Source: Escherichia phage ECML-10
DNA: 64,000 bases
Sequence record: OL631479.1
Direction: 5' to 3' (one strand)
Positions 37,390 through 46,706 of this stretch are shown here, piece by piece (within the stretch, counting starts at the first letter, position 1; each line of letters begins with the position of its first letter). A program made the translations under genes and the position numbers. The notes below the pieces were generated by a model. That model did no database searches, was not told where the DNA came from, and saw only the letters and a program-made list of their open reading frames with translations.

Positions 37390-37659
37390 ATGAAAATTAA
37401 ATTATTCAAAACTGAGCTGGCAGACAAAAACTGTGGACTGGTTGAAGGCATGATCGTTGAAGCACAACCAGTGGACTACATGAAGGTAGTTCGTGATGCC
37501 TTGGGTGAAGGCTTTGATCTGATGGAGCCAGCTCTGCGAGAAGATGTTATCGAGATGGCTAAAAAGCACACACCTGAAGGCTTGGTGGTGTTTGTTGCAC
37601 CGGGTAACGGAGAAGAGTTGATTGTAACTCCTGATGTGTATGAGATTGTAGAAGAGTAA
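37390..37659 (+). CDS. small acidic protein, MK(V/I)K family member
   Basis: MKIKLFK start; C-terminal VYEIVEE; SD GAGGAGA. Confidence 0.5.
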   Translation: MKIKLFKTELADKNCGLVEGMIVEAQPVDYMKVVRDALGEGFDLMEPALREDVIEMAKKHTPEGLVVFVAPGNGEELIVTPDVYEIVEE

Positions 37660-37754
37660 TCCTGCTTGGATTAGCATACTTCTCTCAATAAAAAGAAAAG
37701 TTTGTAATTATTTGTGGGAAAGGAATCCCCATCTCTTGCCAGAGGTGATACTAT

Positions 37755-38018
37755 ATGATTGTTTATTTTAAAACTTCAGGTGGATACCCTGATTCTCAAA
37801 GCTTGATCGGAAAAACGTGCACAGCATACTCACCTCTTGATGAGGAGGTAAGCGATATTCTACGAGATATGTATCGGATTGATCCCCAAGAAGCTTTTGA
37901 TCAAAACCTTGTATTTGTCAAGGGCTCAGACATGAAGTCTTTGGGAGCATTCCCTGAAGCAGATGATGATGCCGTTTATTCGTTCATGACTCCTTTTGAA
38001 GCTATGGTTGTTGGGTGA
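37755..38018 (+). CDS. small acidic protein
   Basis: ORF track; SD AGAGGTGA. Confidence 0.5.
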   Translation: MIVYFKTSGGYPDSQSLIGKTCTAYSPLDEEVSDILRDMYRIDPQEAFDQNLVFVKGSDMKSLGAFPEADDDAVYSFMTPFEAMVVG

Positions 38019-38022
38019 GAAT

Positions 38023-38355
38023 ATGAAAGTACGATTTATTGGTGAAACAATTCCTGTGCATCTCCGGTCGCCTGAAGATTCTGCAGATCTTGCATCTCAG
38101 AAGGCGAGAGGTTATGATAAGAAAGTAATCTCAAACGATGTAGAACTTGAGGCTACTAGTTTACCTGACCCTGCTGCATTCTTTAATCATTATGGATACT
38201 ATTTCAGCAATCTGATGAATATCGGTGAGCTTGTGTTTATTAGTGGTGGAGAAATTGTTAGCAAGCTTGGCGGCGATCCGGATGTCTTTCATGAAACCTG
38301 TCCTTTTGCATTTGTGGTAGGTTCAGATGTGGAAGTTATTGAGGAGGTGCGGTAA
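38023..38355 (+). CDS. small acidic protein, MK(V/I)K family member
   Basis: Start moved to ATG 38023 (MKVRFIG); C-terminal GSDVEVIEEV. Confidence 0.5.
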   Translation: MKVRFIGETIPVHLRSPEDSADLASQKARGYDKKVISNDVELEATSLPDPAAFFNHYGYYFSNLMNIGELVFISGGEIVSKLGGDPDVFHETCPFAFVVGSDVEVIEEVR

Positions 38356-38750
38356 TGGTAAGACTATACCGTGTTGAGTATAGCTCAGATACTGTATACA
38401 ACGTAAGAAGCAAAGATCGCAGCGACAGAGTGCAAGAAATGTATGTTCTTGCCGACAGTCCGCTATCTGCAGCGTTCAAGGCAGGGGCTCTTGCATCTCG
38501 TTGGAAATTTGAAGGTGGATCTTTCTATGAAGAAACCCTTGAAGATTCTGTTGTTATTTCTTCTGTAGAGGTTTCAGATGACTACGAAGGGAAAAAGTTC
38601 GTAATGCGGCACCCACACAGCAACATTGCGTACTACTGGGATGTTCTGAACAACGAGTGGACCCCAGATCTTCAGAAGGCTACTGTGCTAACACCGTTTT
38701 TGGCAGATAAGTTTCCACCAGAAGGTAATTTATCCGCACTGTTTCAGTAA
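38355..38750 (+). CDS. hypothetical protein, paralog of 36146..36544
   Basis: FVMRHPHSNIAYYWDVLNNEWTP matches VFVIVHPDSRVKHYWNARTKTWTP. Confidence 0.5.
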   Translation: MVRLYRVEYSSDTVYNVRSKDRSDRVQEMYVLADSPLSAAFKAGALASRWKFEGGSFYEETLEDSVVISSVEVSDDYEGKKFVMRHPHSNIAYYWDVLNNEWTPDLQKATVLTPFLADKFPPEGNLSALFQ

Positions 38751-38826
38751 TTTTCTTGCACACAGGTGTTGACAACGCCAACCCTGTGTGAAATAATACC
38801 TTCATCTTAACAAGACAGGAGACCGA

Positions 38827-39087
38827 TTGATGAAGATTAAATTGAAAAACCTTGAAACGGCAGAGATTCAGGACGGTGTAGATTTCCGTTCTAAAGATGG
38901 TGACATCTTAGAGGTAAATCTTCCAACCTACACGCTGATTAAAGGTTTTGGCAACGTTCCGGAAGAGGATATTCCAGAAATTCTTATGATGTTGATTCTT
39001 GACGGAACTGTGTTTGTAGGTGAAGGTGAGAACGCTATTGCAATCCCAAGCCATTTTTATGAAGTAGTCGACGAAGAGGTGCTGTAA
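38827..39087 (+). CDS. small acidic protein, MK(V/I)K family member
   Basis: MMKIKLKN start; C-terminal FYEVVDEEVL. Confidence 0.5.
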   Translation: MMKIKLKNLETAEIQDGVDFRSKDGDILEVNLPTYTLIKGFGNVPEEDIPEILMMLILDGTVFVGEGENAIAIPSHFYEVVDEEVL

Positions 39088-39438
39088 ATGAAAGTAGAAA
39101 TTACCGGTTTTGATGTGAATGCGGTTCCGGAAGATATTTTATCTAAATTGCCGGAAGGTTTTGGTAACGGTGTTGTGGTGGATGCTGTTCCTCCTACCAA
39201 AGACATTCTGCTGCAGTATGGTGTAGCAGAGGAAGATGTTGATAAAGTTCTTACAATGATGGCAATCGATCGTGTTGTCGTTGTTAAAGGTCTCGATAAT
39301 TTTGAGAGTGATCCTCTGATTATTCGTGGAGATGACTACAAAATCATCGATAATGAAGGCCAAGAGTTCTATGAGCCTTGTGCAGAAGATATTCTTAACT
39401 TATTACTGGAAGCAGGCACCGAAGAGGAGGACGAATAA
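39088..39438 (+). CDS. small acidic protein, MK(V/I)K family member
   Basis: MKVEITGFD start; acidic tail. Confidence 0.5.
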   Translation: MKVEITGFDVNAVPEDILSKLPEGFGNGVVVDAVPPTKDILLQYGVAEEDVDKVLTMMAIDRVVVVKGLDNFESDPLIIRGDDYKIIDNEGQEFYEPCAEDILNLLLEAGTEEEDE

Positions 39439-39767
39439 TGAAGATTGACCCGTTACTGAAGGCTCGTGCAGAAAAAGCGTACACCATTAAGCTGACCAAC
39501 CTGGTTCCTACTTGTCATCCAGATGTAGGTTGGCCCGAAGGTTTGGTGGAGGGAACTGTAACAGCTGCATACCTTCCTAACATCAAATACCTCATGGAGA
39601 TCTTAGAGATGGATGAGGAAACTGCAGAACAGTTCCAGTTGGATATGAAACAGAGTGGGACTCTGGTTATTCACGGGTGGTATAATACTAAAGATGCAGA
39701 AGACCCTCTGGTAACTTCTAATCTGGCATATGAAATCTTAGGGCCTTTGAACCTGGAGGAAGACTAA
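39438..39767 (+). CDS. small acidic protein
   Basis: ORF track; ATGA overlap; MKIDPLL start. Confidence 0.5.
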   Translation: MKIDPLLKARAEKAYTIKLTNLVPTCHPDVGWPEGLVEGTVTAAYLPNIKYLMEILEMDEETAEQFQLDMKQSGTLVIHGWYNTKDAEDPLVTSNLAYEILGPLNLEED

Positions 39768-40054
39768 TGAAAGATCTGGTTAAGATTAAGATTAAAGATA
39801 CCAATGGGGAGCTCAGCCATTTTGGAATTAATGATGGTGACGAGCTGATCGCACACCTGCCTACCAAGGAGGTTGTAAGCAAAGCAGTTGCCGGAGAAGA
39901 AGCTGCAATGCAGGCTGCAGGTGTGGATGAAAACTATGTAGCTATGTGCATGTGCCGAGATCAGGTTGTTCTGTATAAAGCGTATCGACCAAACGGAGCC
40001 ACGGAGTGGCTTGTATTCCGACCCGAAGGATATGAAATCTTAGAGGCACTATGA
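39767..40054 (+). CDS. small acidic protein
   Basis: ORF track; MKDLVKIKIK start. Confidence 0.5.
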   Translation: MKDLVKIKIKDTNGELSHFGINDGDELIAHLPTKEVVSKAVAGEEAAMQAAGVDENYVAMCMCRDQVVLYKAYRPNGATEWLVFRPEGYEILEAL

Positions 40055-40143
40055 TAAATCTTGCCAAGGTTGCAACGGCACTGTTAATTATTTGCTGGTC
40101 AGTAACCTTAACACTGTGTCTTGTATTTCAGTGAGGTGCTTGT

Positions 40144-40407
40144 ATGAACATCCTGATGTGGGTTATAGCAGTGGCGTTTGTTGCATGTTTTTGCTGCTGG
40201 GTTGCGGTGAGGATTTCTGTAGCTACCCTTCGGAAGTTGGGGTTCTCAGAATGGGATATTAATATCCTTTCTTTTCGCAATGAGACAATATCAGCCGCCC
40301 TGCTTTGTAAGAAATTCAAGTGGGAACCTTGTGAGGTCATGAACTATCTAAGAACGGGAGATATCCCTGAAAGATTTAAAAAAGTTCTTGACGGTAAGGA
40401 TAAATGA
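40144..40407 (+). CDS. small membrane protein
   Basis: MNILMWVIAVAFVACFCCWVAV hydrophobic N-terminus. Confidence 0.45.
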   Translation: MNILMWVIAVAFVACFCCWVAVRISVATLRKLGFSEWDINILSFRNETISAALLCKKFKWEPCEVMNYLRTGDIPERFKKVLDGKDK

Positions 40408-40435
40408 TAGTATAGTGACTAACAAGAGGTGAGGA

Positions 40436-40576
40436 ATGACAGATTTTACTGAAGCTTTAATGATGGCCTTGTCTGTTTTAGCGCTATCGGTGTGTTTTGG
40501 GGCGTTATTCACATCTCTGGTTAAAGTTTTACATACAGTATTATTACCCAAGGAGCGCAGTAATGACGAAGATTGA
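40436..40576 (+). CDS. 46-aa hydrophobic micro-protein
   Basis: SD AAGAGGTGAGGA before ATG 40436; ALMMALSVLALSVCFGALF TM-like; below track cutoff. Confidence 0.35.
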   Translation: MTDFTEALMMALSVLALSVCFGALFTSLVKVLHTVLLPKERSNDED

Positions 40577-40814
40577 CTTGAATGCTGGCGACCATGTTGT
40601 TGTCAAATGCATCGGAGATTATCTTGGATTCACAATCGGCAATACTTACGAGGCGGTAGTGGCGAAGGTTTATCATGATAAAGTCCTCAGTCTTGTATTT
40701 GACTGCGATGATGATGGGGATGACCGATACGTCTGTGAGGTGCTGGCACGAGACGATAGTGAAGACCAGAAATTCCTGGTTATTGAACTGAACGGTATTT
40801 TTGTAGAACGTTAA
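40563..40814 (+). CDS. hypothetical protein
   Basis: Start moved to ATG 40563 (SD AAGGAG). Confidence 0.45.
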   Translation: MTKIDLNAGDHVVVKCIGDYLGFTIGNTYEAVVAKVYHDKVLSLVFDCDDDGDDRYVCEVLARDDSEDQKFLVIELNGIFVER

Positions 40815-40842
40815 TTTAAAACAACATAAGGAGACTCTTACT

Positions 40843-41148
40843 ATGGCTAAATCTAAAGTTGAACTGTTCACCTCTCTTCCTTCTGACACTGCAGAGCGTG
40901 ATCGCCTTCGCAAAACAATCGAAGAACTGGTGGAACTCCAACTTCAGATTAAAGATCTGAAAGATGCCATCAAGGATATCATTCTTGTTGAGAAGCAGGA
41001 TCATCTGTATTCTCCTAAATTCATCAAATCTCTGGTGGCTACCGAGTTCGATATTCGATATGAGGCTGAAAAACGTCGAGCTAAAATCGAAGAAGAGGTT
41101 GAGCACATGTCCGAGGCAGACATTCTGTTCAAACGCTCTGTAGAATAA
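40843..41148 (+). CDS. hypothetical protein, predicted coiled coil
   Basis: SD AAGGAGA; charged heptad-like sequence. Confidence 0.5.
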   Translation: MAKSKVELFTSLPSDTAERDRLRKTIEELVELQLQIKDLKDAIKDIILVEKQDHLYSPKFIKSLVATEFDIRYEAEKRRAKIEEEVEHMSEADILFKRSVE

Positions 41149-41156
41149 TGACAAAG

Positions 41157-41181
41157 AGAGGGGCTTGGGCCCCTCTTTTTA
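41157..41181 (+). terminator. rho-independent terminator
   Basis: AGAGGGGC-TTGG-GCCCCTCT followed by TTTTT. Confidence 0.65.
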
Positions 41182-41203
41182 CTATCTATGAAGGAGATTT
41201 GAG

Positions 41204-41530
41204 ATGGGTATACCGATCACTGTAAAAGAATTGAATGAACGTGATGCAGGTGGTCTATGGCCTGCACGAAAAATACGCTGCGTCTACATGAAAGAGAACC
41301 TTGAACATCTTGATCAACAGATCAAGGTCGGTGATATTTTCGAGGTCTTCTATTCCAATCGTCGCAACTGGGAAACCATTCAGCCTTCTGGTTTTGTTCT
41401 TGCCAAACTTGACACTGGAGAAGTGATTATCCCAGGGTTGGATATTGTCTTCGAAATTATCCAGGAGTGGGATCCGGATAAGATTAGATATGAAGAGTTA
41501 TTCGGTGAAGGTATTATCAAACCTGTGTGA
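41204..41530 (+). CDS. hypothetical protein (108 aa)
   Basis: ORF track; SD AAGGAGA. Confidence 0.5.
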   Translation: MGIPITVKELNERDAGGLWPARKIRCVYMKENLEHLDQQIKVGDIFEVFYSNRRNWETIQPSGFVLAKLDTGEVIIPGLDIVFEIIQEWDPDKIRYEELFGEGIIKPV

Positions 41531-41538
41531 GGTGGATT

Positions 41539-41838
41539 ATGTCTACAAAGACGGCTAAATACTCCTACATGCCATCAACCTCTGCAGAGGTAGATTTTAG
41601 TTTCGATGTGTTTCCACTGTTTGAGGTGGTTCTGGCATACCCAACAATACTATCTACTCCGGAATCACTTGTGCCTGTTAAGTTGCAGAACGCCATGCAT
41701 TCTATGCACTACAACAATAAATGCAGGCACAGATGGTGTCAGGACGAGGAAAAAGATCTGGATAGTTTGAGAGATTTTGACAGTCACCTTTTGACACCTT
41801 TCAGCTACTCCAACCTTGATAAGCCATCATGGGTATAG
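41539..41838 (+). CDS. hypothetical protein
   Basis: Start moved to ATG 41539 (SD GAGGTGG). Confidence 0.45.
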   Translation: MSTKTAKYSYMPSTSAEVDFSFDVFPLFEVVLAYPTILSTPESLVPVKLQNAMHSMHYNNKCRHRWCQDEEKDLDSLRDFDSHLLTPFSYSNLDKPSWV

Positions 41839-41862
41839 CAAAATATCAAATTTAAGACACCT

Positions 41863-41890
41863 AGGACGCTCTGTGGCGTCCTTTTCTTTA
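41863..41890 (+). terminator. rho-independent terminator
   Basis: GGACGC-TCTGTG-GCGTCC followed by TTTTCTTT. Confidence 0.6.
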
Positions 41891-42051
41891 TCTGGTGCAC
41901 GATTGCATACCTTGGACAGATAATCTCCTTACAGAGCGTTTAAGAGCTTCCTACAAACAACTCTCTTTTTCGAGCGTAGCGAGAACGCACGTCCGTTTTG
42001 ACCCAAATCCCCATACGCTCGGATTTTAACCAAACCCTCGCGGCGTTTCTA

Positions 42052-42080
42052 TTGACACATTACCGCTCCAGTGATAGTAT
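42052..42080 (+). promoter_or_regulatory. sigma70-type promoter (TTGACA-17-TAGTAT)
   Basis: -35 at 42052-42057, -10 at 42075-42080. Confidence 0.45.
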
Positions 42081-42198
42081 CCACACATAGTTTGTAGAAT
42101 ATGGAATACACAATGAGAACATTGTCCGAAGTTTTAGTAGTGATCCTGATGATCATTACGTCCATAGCGGCTGTTGCCGGAATACTCACGGGTGGAAC

Positions 42199-42411
42199 AT
42201 GATCAACACGCATGCACCTGAAGAGACATCCGAAGGAGTGACCATATGTCCATTGTCTGAGCCAGTGAAAGAGGAAAACTTCGATTCTGAAGATTCTCCA
42301 TCTTCGCTCCAGGTAGATCCTGAGGCTGATGACCTAACGTGGGAAGACATCGTAGACATCTGGTTCTCCATTATGCCTGAGCACGAAGAGTTCAGAGGTG
42401 GTAGACTATGA
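42199..42411 (+). CDS. hypothetical acidic protein (70 aa)
   Basis: ORF track; weak SD. Confidence 0.4.
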   Translation: MINTHAPEETSEGVTICPLSEPVKEENFDSEDSPSSLQVDPEADDLTWEDIVDIWFSIMPEHEEFRGGRL

Positions 42412-42532
42412 AGCACCGAGCCCACACAGGTTCCTCATGCTAAAGCATGGCCTGAAGAGGCAAACGTGTATAATTCCAGTGCATTGGAACGTATAAAACC
42501 CTGTTCACACTCTCATTTCCAGAGGAGATTTC

Positions 42533-42748
42533 ATGAAGATAGAAATATTTGGTGGAGCTGACAACACTCGTGGCCTGATTTACCTTGAATTCGATGAAAC
42601 ATACCTGCCAGAGGTGTTAAATATAGACTCTGTTGCTGAGGCTTTGGGAGTAAACCCTAAAGAACTCCACTCTTGTGCTGAGATCGATGGTTGGGAAGAG
42701 ACCATGAACATTGATTTCAGTGAAGTAGAGGATGAACCGCTGGACTGA
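42533..42748 (+). CDS. small acidic protein, MK(V/I)K family member
   Basis: MKIEIFGG start; SD GGAGA. Confidence 0.5.
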   Translation: MKIEIFGGADNTRGLIYLEFDETYLPEVLNIDSVAEALGVNPKELHSCAEIDGWEETMNIDFSEVEDEPLD

Positions 42749-44329
42749 CACACAATTAGCTGCCCGGCTAAAGTGCTGGAAGCACCTATAACACATCTTT
42801 CAACTAAATTTCCCACCACCACAATCACTTACCTCCCACACATGACTGTTTGCTTGTTTAGTGAGCAGTCATGCCTTGACATTCTTGCCTATCCTGATAA
42901 AATTAAGTTCTTCTCTTTTCTTTTACCGAGTAATTCGGGTTTTCTGTTCTCTTCGGTTTGAAGGGGTATGGAGATACACCTGAGTGAACAGGGTGAACAA
43001 CCGAACATTTGGCTATGGCATTAGCATGGCGAAGCGGACGGGTGACGAAAGAGGGGCCGGAGGACACCAGTCACTGCCATATGATATATGGGTGATAACC
43101 TGAAGAGTCTGAATAAGTGTTTAAGTACCAGTCAGAGGAAAAGGTGAATGGTAGCCGAAGGGGGAGGGGGTTTCTTGTATCTTTAATTTGTATATTATGT
43201 ATACATTCGTAAACCAATCTCATCTGAATCTGTTTACCACACAAAGTGGATAGAGACAAATATTACCTATTAAACTTGAATTATTTATAGAAAATACTAC
43301 AACACTACTTAAGTATTTGATTTTACACACAAATCCTGCAGATATTCACCCCCCATATTTAACATACTTGTAACATATTCCATACTCTACCTGACCGATC
43401 AACTCACCCAACTACATCCTCCATATTTCCCCTGTCTGTACTACCCCTGCCCAGCCGGGAGTCCCGTCATATCTGGCTTTCCAGCAAATATCACACCCAC
43501 AAATATCATTGCCTGAAGAGGGTTTCATCCCATAATACATGCCTTACCTGAAGAGCGCTTCATATACCCCGTAAATTTTTTAATTGACACCCTCCCCGCC
43601 GCCGGAGGGGGTTGGCTTTTCCCACACAGACCCGAAGAGCCAGCCAGAAATATCTGAACAGGTCCAGCTATGCCACGATTTTGACCTGACCTACAGGAGT
43701 GCTTCCCTGTCAGGAGCCGGTAGCGACTGGAGTGCTGCCAGGCGGACGAAATGGGAATACTTCTCATTCTTATAATAATTCTCAAATATCGAGGCAGTGA
43801 GGCAAATTAATAGGTGAGGCCGTTCACACAGTGGCACAACATTTGCAACCTATCTTGTGTGGGGGAATGAGAATACCTATCATTGTGAGAATAGTTATCA
43901 TTACGGGCAATTTAACATAATACCCATTATGCGCACCACTGGCGATCCATACAGGGATTGATAACATGAGTTACTGTTTATGCATATAACAATTATATTT
44001 CTTACTATTTGTGTGGGATATAGTTAGCAGCCAATAGATTAGATATTGACCTGTAGACTTCTGACCGTCCAGACGTCTAAACGCCCACACAACAAGGCTT
44101 ATACATACATCGCTGAATGTAAACAGGGCCGCAAAAATGCTACCATACCAGATTGTAAATTTTTCATACAGCACTTGACAAAGAGGAGAAAAACTTGTCT
44201 GACACTTTAGACACAATAGTGACATAATGGTGACACACTGGGCATACTCAACACACTGGATACAATAACAGTTGTTACTATTGCATGCTTCACTGTTCAC
44301 GTATAGATTGTTTACACAGAGATGATAAG

Positions 44330-44620
44330 CCATGCCATTCGTTTGCATGACAATAATTAACTTGTTTACAATCTTTCACTGGCTATGCCAGGTGACCTTT
44401 GGTCACCCCTTCGGGTGTTTCTATGACATAATATAAAAGCAGGGCAACTATTAGAAGATCTATAGTTGCCTTGCTTGTTATGTCACGATTAACTAAATAC
44501 AAGGCAACTATGATCTGATTAATAGTTTGCAGACAAACTATCACGGGGGTGATGGTTACTGCTTTTATATTATGTCGCGACTCCGTCGCGCCATGCCATT
44601 CGTTTGCATAGTTGCCTTAT
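44330..44620. repeat. complex of direct and inverted repeats (GGCAACTAT iterons, 18-bp inverted pair, CCATTCGTTTGCAT direct pair)
   Basis: GGCAACTAT/ATAGTTGCC four times; GACATAATATAAAAGCAG at 44424-44441 with reverse complement at 44561-44578; CCATTCGTTTGCAT at about 44334 and 44596. Confidence 0.55.
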
Positions 44621-45234
44621 TGTTACGAATAAAACAATTGCATTGTTAATGATTTCTTATCTTTCTCTTAGTCATCTAATGATTCCAGTCAGTATAGTAA
44701 TGTACAGTAAACATTAGACGACTAAAGATTTCTCTGTTTATTATAACTCACCGTTATAATTTCGAGCTGTTTACGAAAAATGTTGACATCCTAGCCGATT
44801 TATGTTATGCAGTTTACACGAATAATTATTTTATGCAGGTATTGACTATTCCGTTATTCTATGGTTGGAATAAATACTTAGCAGGCTATAGACTGGTGAG
44901 CGTACGTAAATTCTGAGATCTGGCGGCTATAGTTATACTCGATTTTTCACGTAGAACACGCTTTTGTGGTTATGTAAGTGCATGAATTATAAGAATTTTT
45001 ATTTGTTGACAAGATATTGAAGATATGCATCAGGTTAAAATTTATGCAATAGCGGCATTACGTGCAATTTTGGAAGGAAAAGCGTGTAAAAATGGCCCTG
45101 CTACCACACAATGAAAGGTTATGCAATAGCTATTTTACATGTATATTTGTACAGTGTGTGGGATTGATGGCTCGTCAATTATTCCACTTGCCAGGTAGGG
45201 CCGTTTGTGGTAGGAAAAGAGAAGACAAAAAGAA

Positions 45235-45251
45235 AGGGGCTTTAAGCCCCT
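45235..45251 (-). terminator. rho-independent terminator for minus-strand block
   Basis: AGGGGC-TTTAA-GCCCCT; minus-strand reading is followed by TTTCTTTTT. Confidence 0.55.
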
Positions 45252-45270
45252 GACCGTTCATCTTGTTGTA

Positions 45271-45534
45271 TTATTTGTTGCTCATCCAGTTTTCCCAAGC
45301 TGCCTGATAATCTGCCTCACTACGGCGGATCTCTTCTTGTTCTTCAAGTCGGATCTCTTCTTCCAGGTACCCCAAGATGTCAGCCTTTTTGGTCTGGCGT
45401 AGCATCCAGTCATCTTTTTTGCGGGTAAAGATCTTATAAGCTTTCTCGCAAACCTCTTTTTTGCTACCTTTCTGGACTTCCAGAACACGATAAGCCATAT
45501 ATTGAACTAGTTTGAGCTGGTCAAGACGTTTCAT
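45271..45534 (-). CDS. hypothetical protein (87 aa)
   Basis: SD AAAGAGGAAAAA before ATG 45534. Confidence 0.55.
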   Translation of the reverse strand: MKRLDQLKLVQYMAYRVLEVQKGSKKEVCEKAYKIFTRKKDDWMLRQTKKADILGYLEEEIRLEEQEEIRRSEADYQAAWENWMSNK

Positions 45535-45596
45535 GATGTTTTTCCTCTTTATGTGGTTTTTGTTCAGTGGGCCTTTTGGCCCGTGTCATTATCTTA

Positions 45597-45869
45597 TTAC
45601 TTACGGCGGCAGAATTCAAGCGTTTTTAATTGATAATCTTCCTCAGCCTGGAGTACAACCGCCTCGATCATTTCGTTGGCATTGTTGAAGCCATACCCTT
45701 TAGCGAACTCATCCGCACCACCTTCGTGATCATGTTCTGCGTTCATCGCTTCCACGAAATGGAATTCAAGATTATTGAGATAAGGGCTTGATGTTCCGTC
45801 CTCTTTTTCGATGAGATCCCAAATAGCATTAAAACGTGATTCGACTTCTTGATTAATCCAGCTTGACAT
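45597..45869 (-). CDS. hypothetical acidic protein (90 aa)
   Basis: SD GAGAGGAAAA before ATG 45869. Confidence 0.55.
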   Translation of the reverse strand: MSSWINQEVESRFNAIWDLIEKEDGTSSPYLNNLEFHFVEAMNAEHDHEGGADEFAKGYGFNNANEMIEAVVLQAEEDYQLKTLEFCRRK

Positions 45870-46080
45870 AATGTTTTCCTCTCTTCTGGTTGTTGTGTGG
45901 GCACTTTTGCCCCTTCAAGATAAATGTTACCCCACCACCTGGCAGATGTCAACGGTTTTTATAGTTCTTATATGACAGGCAGGCCCGGTGATTGTCTCCC
46001 CCCGTCGCCAGGTGCCTGCCGTGTAATAAGTATAACAAAAAACAGGACCATTGCAAGCCCTGTTTTCTAGTTAATAAGGA

Positions 46081-46272
46081 TTATATTTTTTCGCCTATGT
46101 AGTCCGGTCGGTTTTTCTCTGTCATGCGCTTTAGCAATTCTTGCATGTTACTTATGGCTTGTAGTGTATCCTCTTCCAGACTTGAATCAACATAATCAGG
46201 ATCGTCTATGACCTTTCTATGATTATGATAACGCAGTACCGCCAATACCTTTCTAACTTGTTCAACATTCAT
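46081..46272 (-). CDS. hypothetical protein (63 aa)
   Basis: ORF track; weak SD. Confidence 0.45.
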   Translation of the reverse strand: MNVEQVRKVLAVLRYHNHRKVIDDPDYVDSSLEEDTLQAISNMQELLKRMTEKNRPDYIGEKI

Positions 46273-46421
46273 TTTTATCGCTCTTTAAAACAAGGTGCCA
46301 ACCGTTTCTAGTAGATCACTGACCACCAGGACAATACTGATCAGCACATATCTAACCATAAGGGGAAAGAGCGCCAGCGATCCCGCCACAATCCCCAAGG
46401 TAATGATTATCTTTTTCACGG

Positions 46422-46706
46422 TTAACGGTTAACGTAAGCTTTACCGTTCACGGTTATGGGTAGATCCTCCAGGTCTGGATCTTCCTTAAGGTCGCGAGCA
46501 AGCTCACCGCACCGGATACCCTCGAATCCGTAGTACTCTGTTGTACCGTCATTAAAAGTTTTAGCGGCAAGGCATAAGCGATAAGTAACCCCGATTTGAT
46601 TGACGGCATGGATATCCGTTAGATCAACCTCTTTTGCCAGCTCTTTAGCCATTACAGGCGCATTAAGTCCAACAACCAGGGCAACTACTGCGATCATCTT
46701 TTTCAT
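46422..46706 (-). CDS. secreted/periplasmic small protein (signal peptide)
   Basis: MKKMIAVVALVVGLNAPVMAKE signal-peptide-like N-terminus; SD AGAGGA. Confidence 0.55.
   Translation of the reverse strand: MKKMIAVVALVVGLNAPVMAKELAKEVDLTDIHAVNQIGVTYRLCLAAKTFNDGTTEYYGFEGIRCGELARDLKEDPDLEDLPITVNGKAYVNR

Noticed and set aside
43971-44348. Minus-strand 125-aa ORF in the gene-poor region
   Set aside because: Cys/Asn-rich low-complexity translation, overlaps iteron repeats, no SD
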